A DNA stretch of 17,937 nt from Geosiphon pyriformis uo1 (Eukaryota > Fungi > Glomeromycota). The number at the start of each line of letters is the position of its first letter. The first letter of the stretch is position 1. Under the pieces are notes generated by a model. That model did not search any database, was not told the origin of the DNA, and was given only the letters and a program-made list of their open reading frames with translations. The position numbers were made by a program, and so were the translations under genes. Positions 9,507 to 17,937 of the stretch are shown here, one piece after another. The stretch covers positions 322,492-340,428 of the forward strand of contig JAAOMT010000211.1 of assembly GCA_016748015.1 (NCBI GenBank), in the 5' to 3' direction.

Positions 9507-11479
9507 TGGGATAAAGAAGGTAATAGAGAGCCAGAACCAGAACACAAATAATCCAATCTGATTAACACTAAACTAATTGAAGCTTCTAAAGATGTAATCT
9601 TTGACTCTAATCCACCCACCTTAGTGGTTAGAATCTTGGAGCTACTCGAACTGAAACCAGAAGTATCATTAACAACAGCAGAAAAAAAGGAAGCAGAAGG
9701 CTTTAATGCACCATCTAAAACCATATCCAAGTTAACTTTTAGAGTCAAAGATGTAGAAACAGCCAAGGGAAGCTCATAAGAAACAGATGGCAAAGACACT
9801 ATTTTCACAAAGCTCAACTTTCTTACAATACCAAAAACCTGATCAGTTAAAAGCTTCAAAGACTGCTCCAAGGATGCCAAGCAACCAAACAAACTAGAGA
9901 CACTATAAGGATCAGCACTGTTAGAAGAGAACCAAGCACCAATAGAAAATTTAACACCAAAAGACAGACCAGTATCTAAAGAAGACAAAAAACCCAAAAG
10001 AGAAGAGGAACTACTCACAACTTGAGCCCAAGTTTTGTTACTGAAAGAAACTGGGCAAATGATAGGTGCCTGCTTTTTTTTATAAATGTTGGCCAGACAA
10101 ATCCGATTTTGATTATTCACCACTCTCTTCCCACAAACTCCAGAATTCCCACCAACCAAACACACATCAAAAATATAACCAAATTGTTTATATTTGGCAC
10201 AACAAGCCAGAGAAAGACCAGCCCATCCCAAATTTACATTCTTAAAAACTGAAATAGAACCAATAGCAGCCAACCTGAATGTTTTATTAGCAAAACAAAC
10301 CACAGCACATCTGTCACATACATAGGAATTGGGATTATGGCCAATAAAGCAAGTTTTCCCACCATATAAATCCAATAAATCAGACAAATCATGAACAGTG
10401 ATGCCAATTGGCAAAGTATAGAGCAAAACCTTATGCTGATCTTTTGAAACCCATGATTGTTTATTATCAACAGCCAATACCACCCACACAGAATTCTTTT
10501 CTATAAGAACAGACTACTTAGAAGCAACTAAACTAGCCATCTCTGACGACTCAAATTCCACTGTAGCCTTTTGTCAAAGCCTAATCAGTTGAATTCTAAT
10601 TGAAATAACCTTACCAAATTTAGAAAATATTGACTCAATCACCAATTTGAGAAGATCCACTGGAATCTTCTTGACTATTACTTCCTGATCTGAATGGCTG
10701 TTTGGTTTCCTAACACTAATATTTACTAAAATTTTCTTACTGATGGCCATTTCCTTGGCTTTGATTAAACTCAATTTGGAAGTAAAAAAAAATCTAATGA
10801 TGCCAAAAAATTTTGAAGGAGCAGATGCCCCCTCAAAACTGTCAATTTGATAAAAAATTCTTTTCACAGCAATTAATTTGTTACCAATAGTCTTGCCAGG
10901 CAAGGCAGAAGTCTCAATATCCAATGCAAATGACTTAATTGGATCAAAAACATGCTTCTCTGATGCACATGACTCAACAGAGTGCAAAATTTTTTTTGAG
11001 CCTGCAAACTTAGGAGATAAAAAAGCCACCAAATTCTCATTATTACTTAAAATGTCAAACAAAAAAGTTTTTGGGGGTTGACCTAACATATAAGTGTGAG
11101 TGCACATTTTCCTGAGTGTTTTATCATTCTTCATATCATTGTCCACAGAAACATCTAAGTTAGCGTAATTAGTTTTCTTAGCAACAGTATTTTTTATGTT
11201 CTCTAAGTCTGACAGGCCATTCACACTACTTGTTTTGCTTTCTATTTTACTGCCCCAAGATCTCAAAAACTTACTGCTAATATTACCAATATTGGCCATG
11301 CCCAATAGGCCAGTAGACGAGTCAACCATACTGGCACTGACTTTAAGATTTTTAGGTTTTTTATAAGATGCACTATGAAAGTATACACTATTAACTTTTT
11401 TTTTCTTCACATCAGACTAGGTCTCCAAACTAGCAGAAGTAAATTCAGAGCCATCAGCAACAAGACTTGCCAGTTCCAT
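9503..11479 (-). pseudogene. LINE ORF1 (nucleic-acid chaperone: RRM-like segments, eroded zinc knuckle, coiled coil)
   Basis: ATG at 11479 (MELASLVA...). The ORF-track pieces 10574-11410 and 9503-10489 are in this same frame, separated by in-frame stops. Motifs include ESIFSKFGKVISIRIQ, LLYTLPIGITVHDL and CAKYKQFGYIFDVC (degenerate CX2CX4HX4C). Confidence 0.8.
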
Positions 11480-11699
11480 GTTCATGAATAAAAATATGTT
11501 TAAAGAAATAGTTGAAAATATAAAGGAAAAAGGGAATAAAAAAAGAACTTTTTTTTTGACAATATCTTGCTTTCATTGTGACTGGAGAATCAACAAGAGA
11601 AAGATTTTTTTTTGTTTTAGAATTAGTTTAATAAATAATTTTTTAATTGGTATAGTTAAAATTTTTGTGATTATAATTTATTTTTAAAAAAAAATATAT

Positions 11700-13311
11700 C
11701 TTCTGCTTTTTAATTCTTAAATAAAACTTTAATATTAATAATTTTAAATAACTTAGTTTTTTTTAATGTTTTTTACTTATTTATATAATTTAGTATTACT
11801 TTTTTAAACAATTATATAATAATATTGATTGTGTTTTTAATTAAAAAAGCTTTAAATATTAAAAAAAATTAGACTTTAAAAGTCTAATTTTTAAATAATT
11901 TATTTTGGCAATTAAGTTTTTAAATAATTTGGCTTTTTAATATACTATTTTATTTTTAATAGTAAATTTTTAATTATTAAATAAATTAAAATTAGATCAA
12001 TTTAATATAATATATAAATAATTATTTAATATTAATCAAGTTTGTTTTTTTGTTTACACTAATAATTTTTTAAGTAATTTAATATTTTAGTGTTTTTTAA
12101 GAATTTAAATTTGAGTATAAATATTATAGTATTTAATTTGGTCTTTTTTATAATAGCTAAATTGCAAATTATAGTATTAGTTTTAGAATATGTGTTTTTT
12201 TTGTACAATTATAATAAATTTTAATAATTAAGTGGCTTTAGATATATGTTTTTCAAAATTAATTATAATTTTATTAGACTTTTGTAATTCTTATTAAATA
12301 AAATAATATTATATTTTAAATATTATTAGAAAAAAAATCTGCATATTAATTAATCCAAAATTAAAGACTACTTTAATATTTTAAACAATAAAAAAACTAA
12401 TATATTGATTAAAGCTGCTTTTTTCTTAAATATAATGCTTTTAATTTGCATTTAGAAGAGATTTATTAAGATTGATAAAATAACTATATTAAAAATTATT
12501 AAATATTTTATTTGTAAAGTTTTTAGAACAATTTATCATATTTATTAAAAAATTGATTTTAGTACTAGAGTTTTGAATAATTGTTTAATTAATAATATTG
12601 ATTGAATTCAGTTATTATTAATATAATATTAAAATTCTTACATGGCTGTTAATTTTATAAACAAAACTATAACTAATATATAGTTTTATTTTATAAAGAT
12701 TTTATATTATTAATTATTTATAGTTATTTGTAAGTATTTATATAATAAATTTTATTATAGTGTATTATGTCTGTATTATAGTAAAGTTGAGTTTTTAGAT
12801 CATTTTTTTTTATGTAAAATAAATGTTAATATGTAAAAAAATTTGTTAAATTTATATATTATTATATAAAAAAACTATGTTTAGTTTATGCAAATTATTA
12901 TTATGTATGTTTTAAATATTTTTTTTATGTTTTTTTAATATTATTATATATATAGTTTTAAATAAAAGTTTTATTTTTAAAAATTAATTTTAAAAGTTTT
13001 TGTCTGTTTTTAAAAATACTAAGATTACTATTAATAAAATTATGGATTTTGTACATAACTTTAAATTAATTTATAGAAAAAAAATTTAATTTATCTATTT
13101 TAAATATCAATTTATTATAAAATAAAATAATTTGATTTTGCTTAATAAATTAATTTTTTTTAATATTAATGGTTTTTTATTTGTGCTATCTAATAATATA
13201 ATTAAACTGTTTAAAATTATTGAGACTTTTGGTGTTAGTTTTAATATATACAAATTGTGTTTATTTTTTTGAAATATAAATAATATAATTTCTATTTATA
13301 TAAGAGTATAA
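11700..13311 (+). mobile_element. Hyper-eroded relic of the 3' part of a related LINE ORF2 (linker, RNase H, CCHC, C-terminus)
   Basis: Translation through stops gives collinear matches to the neighbouring LINE. VFN*KSFKY*KKLDF (11833) matches VIDWKTFHQWKRLDP. VYTNNFL (12052) matches IFTDGLL. AKLQIIVLVLEYV (12156) matches AELQTVALALKCV. *SKIKDYFNILNN (12351) matches WVKVKDYSGVCGN. LYNKFYYSVLCLYYSKVEFLDHFFLC (about 12738-12815) matches LYDKSYLGVLCLLCKEVELSDHVFSC. The likely natural stop is at 13309-13311. Confidence 0.85.
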
Positions 13312-15150
13312 TATTGTCTTAATTAATCTAAATAACTAATTATATATAAAAAATACATAATTTATACTTAATTTAATGTATTTTACTAAATAGTATTTAG
13401 ATCTTACTTATTAAACATAAAAAAAAATTAATGATTTTTTCTCTTTTTTTTATAAATAATAATATTAAACTATATTTATTTTGCTATTTTAATATTATTT
13501 ATTAAAAATTTTCAAAAAAAATAAGAATTAATTTTAAATATTTAAAACAAAAATAATTATTTACTAATAAGATTTAATAATAATTACTAATTTATATATA
13601 TTAATCAAAAATTATAAATATATTTGAATTATTATTTACAATATTTTGAAAATATTATTAAAATTTTAATTAATACTATTATTTATTTTTAAGTAAATAT
13701 TAAATTATTTTATTTTTTAATTATTAATTCATAAAAATTAATATGTTTAAAATATTGAATTGTTTATATTTTAAAATAAATTTTGATTTATAATAGATTT
13801 ATTAAAATAATTACAAGTAATTAAAATTTTAATATAATATTCTTAATAATTAATTTGAAGTTTTTGAATAATTTAATTAAAAATAATATTTGTTTTTGTA
13901 AACTTATTGATATTTAATAATATTTGATATTATATAATATTTATTATTATATATATAATATCTTATTAATTTCAAATTAATTTTTTTATAAAGTAGTTTT
14001 GTATTATTTAAAATAAGTTTAATTAGGATTTTATTATTTAAATATTTTTTCATTTTTTTCAAAATTGAAAAAAATAACAGTTAATTTTTTTATCTTCTAA
14101 AACTATAATTAATAGGATTATTTAATAATTCTGATTATTTTAATTTAAAAGTCTTTTTGTTGTAATAGTATTCTTGTTTTTTTAAGAGGTTTATTGCAAT
14201 TAAAATTTTTTGGAATTATTACATTTGTGTTTGGCAAAGAGTTGGTTTATAAATTAGCTTTCTAATTAAGTATTATAGAGCACATTTGTTAAAAATAAAC
14301 TTGATTTTAGTATCTTAACTAATATCTATTTGGTGCTAGCAAAGATAGGTTTGGTATTGTTTGATACAAATTCTGTCATATCATAAGTGTTAAGTATAAT
14401 TGTTTGGTATTTGTTTTTGTTCTTATTTATTTTCTGTAAAAAAATGGCACATTTTGGCTTTATTACAATATTCTTGTTAATGTATTTAGGTTGTTTGTTA
14501 GTTGTCATGTTTTCAATTATTATATTTTGTTCTTTATTATTATAGCTTTAAATTGTACATGTGAAAAAGTCAATAGGTATTTTTTTTATCTGTTATTCGA
14601 AGTAAAATTATTATTTTATTATTTTAGTTTACTTAATACTAAAATAAAAAAATTTGCTACTGAAAATTTTAGTGCTTATTTTATTATGTTGCTAAAGTTA
14701 ATTTTAATTTTTTCAATGCTGATAAAAAGTAAATCCTTAATGATACAGCAAAAATGACCAATTTTTATCTAAATAATTATAATTATAATTAAAGTAAAGT
14801 CAATTCTTTTATAGAAGATTTCCATCCATAAGTTATCCAAAATAATGTATATTTATAAATTGTTAGCAATATCTTTTTTTATGTCTGAGAAGCAAAAAAT
14901 TTTCAAATGTTATGTATTGAAATCACTTTTTGAAAGATCACGATTAATCTACATTTTTTTAATATTAAAAAAAAAAATTTTTAATAAATTGAAAAATTAA
15001 TTTATAAAAACAATAAAATATAAATGTTTTATAAAATAATTTCAATCTTATTTGTTAATTAAACCAAATATTTAACAGCTTTGAATATCTATAAAATTTC
15101 GATAAATCAAAAAATTGAAAATACATTAGTTTTTCTAGCACTAATTAGGG
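13312..15150. other. Extremely AT-rich tract, probably further eroded TE relics (unidentified)
   Basis: Near absence of C/G and CpG, with the same texture as the identified relic. No motif was recognised. Confidence 0.4.
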
Positions 15151-15179
15151 TTTAAAGTTTAATCCTTATTTTATATCAA

Positions 15180-15880
15180 AAATAGCAAGAAGATAATGGA
15201 AAATATGGTTATTCTTTATATTCATTGGGGCCATTATCACCTTTTTAGACATAAAAATCGATGATAACACCTGCTACTCATTGTGAAATCCTTCCAAGGG
15301 TTTGGACCACCATTTTCTTTAAGGGAATATTAAATTCGTAGGCTAAAGGCTAATAGTAGAGTATAACAAATAATAAAATAGTTTCCGGTTGGAGAGTCAG
15401 TATCTTCATGCCAGAAATCTTGATTACCAAGAGTTTTCCACCACTAAATTGATTATTCAAAGGACTTGGACACATTTATGAAATAGTGGCGTCCAGATGC
15501 CCATCCATCTACATAGCTTGGTCATTCTTATGTTAATAAAAATTCGGCATAAAGATCACTTTCGGATGTTATGGGGATCGAGTATTTGTACATGAAATTT
15601 ATAGTGGTGCTTTTGGTGTGGGACTGATATACTATTTGAATAATTTTAAAAAATATTCACACAATGAATGAACTAAATTTGCAAGAAATCTTCAATTTGT
15701 AAATGATAATTTTAATGATTTACGAGTTTTCGATTTTCAGAATTGTGGCAATGTAACATGAAATTTCTTAAATGATATTTGTTAATACATCACATACAAT
15801 CCATTTCTCTCCATCATACAGAGTACCCTGGATATTTTATTGTATGCTAAAATGGGAGAGGCACAGAAACGTAAACAATG
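15180..15880 (+). pseudogene. Possible decayed gene fragment of unknown family
   Basis: Higher GC with CpG retained, long near-open stretches broken by stops, and an intron-like GTAGG...CTAAT...TAG at about 15338-15381. Strand and identity are uncertain. Confidence 0.25.
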
Positions 15881-16273
15881 AGTCAGAACTATAGGTACAT
15901 TGCAAAAAAGTTGATATGTCACATGTTCACTTTGTCGCAGCATGCTCCATATCAAAGGAAAATAACCGTTTTAGGCTTTGGTGATTTTTGGTTACTTGAA
16001 ATACTTGTTTAGGCTTTCAAAATATGTAACCATATTTGGAAGAATTGGTTTGCAGTCAATAATCTTCAGACTTGAAATGGAGATGAACATCTTCTAAAAA
16101 GTCTAGTATATATTTTAAAAAACCGATACCTCCCTTAAATTCTTCGTTTAGATATCAATCATATTATTATTAAAGTGGCTACTGATTTCGTCAATTTGAT
16201 CAGAATTTGAATTCATCGATTGCGTACATACCATGCGTTGCTAATTAATCAATCCCTAAATCCAAATCGAACT

Positions 16274-16347
16274 CTAAAAAAAGGTAGTGGTGGTTAAACC
16301 AAGAAAGTTTGCCAAATATATTAAATATAATGAATTAAAGGCCTAAC
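16274..16347 (-). other. Probable intron 2 of kinase copy B (74 nt)
   Basis: AAG|GTTAGG donor and T7-AG acceptor at the position matching copy A intron 2. Confidence 0.55.
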
Positions 16348-17937
16348 CTTTGTAGAAAATTCAGGCTTTGAGATTTATCGGCTTCTATATCTTGCCGTAT
16401 CTGGGATAGTATCTTGTGCCTCTTCAGAATTAAGGCTTTTTTCACGGATAGGTTGATTTAAGTCACAATTATCATGAGCAGCAATAAAGGTTTGGTGAAG
16501 TTCTTCTGCACTATCACGACAAGACGGATCATATTGCCAATTTTTTTGAATCATTTCCTGAATACATTGAGGTGTATGTTTTTTGATTATAGGACGCTTT
16601 CCATCGATCACATCAAATCGCACGTAAATAGGTTCTGTATTATTCAAAGGTCTTTCTCACGAAATGATTTCACAGGAAATGATAGCAAGCTGTATATATC
16701 GCTATACTTAGTATGAGGAGCTCCCTTGCAAATCTCGCGTGCGAGATACTCAAGAATACCATAAATATTACCAGGCCGTGGAGAGTAATCGGCGGGACGA
16801 CAGAGTCCAAGATCAGAAATAACAATTTTTAAGGGGTTTGTTTTCAAAACAAGGATATTTCCAGGGTGTAAGTTCCCATGCACTAGTTCTGATTCATGTA
16901 TAAACCTTAGGCCACTGGCAATTTGAAAAAGAATACGAAGAAACATTTCCCAAGTAAGAGTGTTTTCGTTCATCTTGAGAAAAGCTCTGAGGTCTCCGTG
17001 TTCCGCAAATGGTAAAACCATAATAAAGTCATCGGTTGTAACATCTTTGGGTATTCCATAGCATTCAAGAATGTATTTTCAAGAGGCACTTTTAAGATGC
17101 GCAATAAACTATTTCAATGCATTTTCTAATGTTAGAAAAAGAAATTGGATTAATAAAAACCACATAAATTTCTTAAAGGAAATACCTCATCTGAATTAAT
17201 ATATTTAATATTTTGGCTATTTTTAAGATATTTTAAAGCAACCTTTGTGACCCCAGTTCGTTCATACTTTTGAATTTTCTTGTTCCAAAATAGAATTTTG
17301 CCTTTCTCCCATCTACCTTCTTTAACAATACGTAATCCTCCCTCTTCTACCTTATTCAAATGGAGGATCTCGTCGGGAGAAATCCATTCCAGACAGCCTC
17401 TGCAGTTTTGAGAGTTACGCTATGTATACAATATATACTGATTAATATTATCATTTCCACTTTCCCTAGCCTTTAAAAATCGTGATGATTCACAAGAATT
17501 ACACCAAAGTGGATCTTTTAATGCACTATAGCATTCCAGACATTTCGGCAAGGGGGCGTTAAAGATAATTTTATCATTTTTATTGTTATCACAAAATGGA
17601 CATATAGCAGATTCATTAATGATTATACCCAAGTTGCCACATTTAAGACACTTGAATTCATCTGAAAGCTGGTCAAAGAAAGCTTCAAAATCTAAAAATT
17701 CTCCTTTCAAATTATCGGAGTATTTAAAGCCTCGATTTTAATTCTTTGAAGTAAGGTCATGAACATCCAAATCAGGAAAATCATACCAGTTATTTACTTC
17801 TGCTACTTTTAAATAGAGTCCAACTGCTTTTGCTAGGTTTTTTGTGGTTCCCCATCCATTTTGATAGCACCATCCAAGGTTATATTGTGCATTTTGATTT
17901 CCCGCCACTGCTGTTTTTAAATAGAATTCAAATGTTC
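16320..17937 (-). repeat. Right arm of the inverted duplication (runs off the window end)
   Basis: Direct by-eye alignment to 539-2160. Confidence 0.95.
17109..17185 (-). other. Intron 1 of kinase copy B (77 nt)
   Basis: GAG|GTATTT...CTAAC (17131-17135)...ATAG|TTTATT, at the same position as the copy A intron. Confidence 0.88.

Larger units (their letters stand above)
4938..11600 (-). mobile_element. Non-LTR retrotransposon (LINE), two ORFs, near full length, inactivated
   Basis: ORF1 followed by ORF2 with AP endonuclease, RT, RNase H and CCHC. Both ends are approximate; no target-site duplication or poly(A) tail was identified, and the clade cannot be assigned by eye. Confidence 0.93.
16245..17937 (-). 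pseudogene. SEL1-repeat / Cys-rich / TKL-like kinase gene, copy B (pseudogene)
   Basis: Paralog of copy A. Lesions: shared TAA 17738-17740, TAG 17420-17422, G-loop changed to EEGGLR, TGA 17079-17081, catalytic HGD>HGN (16872-16874), a 1-nt deletion at about 16687 and TAA 16375-16377. The probable last exon EFDLDLGID* ends at 16245. Confidence 0.9.

Noticed and set aside
5072-11081. Plus-strand and alternative-frame ORFs within the LINE (e.g. 5072-5386, 5199-5438, 8637-8897, 10878-11081)
   Set aside because: Shadow ORFs of ORF1/ORF2 with no independent motifs.
4938-11479. Alternative genetic code (stop reassignment) to explain the in-frame stops
   Set aside because: All three stop codons occur, replacing different residues (W, Q, R), alongside catalytic missense lesions. 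Mutation explains this better.
11478-14757. ORFs 11478-11687, 14326-14508 and 14491-14757 as genes
   Set aside because: Low-complexity frames; the first is antisense to the LINE 5' region.
16644-17359. Copy B as a functional pseudokinase partner (HGN, broken G-loop) in a sensor/executor pair
   Set aside because: It also carries three private nonsense codons and a frameshift, so simple decay is more parsimonious.

Overview
Eukaryotic, AT-rich fungal DNA with GT-AG introns and CTAAC branch points. The gene and repeat types look like Glomeromycotina; the LINE resembles Geosiphon-type elements, which is recall-based inference. The window is bracketed by two convergent copies of a SEL1-repeat + Cys-rich + tyrosine-kinase-like gene (copy A 1-2261 on +, copy B 16245-17937 on -). 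They form an inverted duplication at least 1.6 kb long. Both copies are damaged and share one in-frame TAA between the SEL1 and kinase parts. Their identity drops abruptly from about 98.6% to about 87% near position 978. Between them is a nearly full-length LINE on the - strand (ORF1 plus EN-RT-RNase H-CCHC ORF2), inactivated by many transition-type stops but with no net frameshift. The apparently featureless AT-rich DNA at about 11700-13311 is a second LINE ORF2 copy on +, eroded almost to saturation by C>T/G>A changes. This points to TE-targeted, RIP-like hypermutation that largely spared the duplicated kinase genes.
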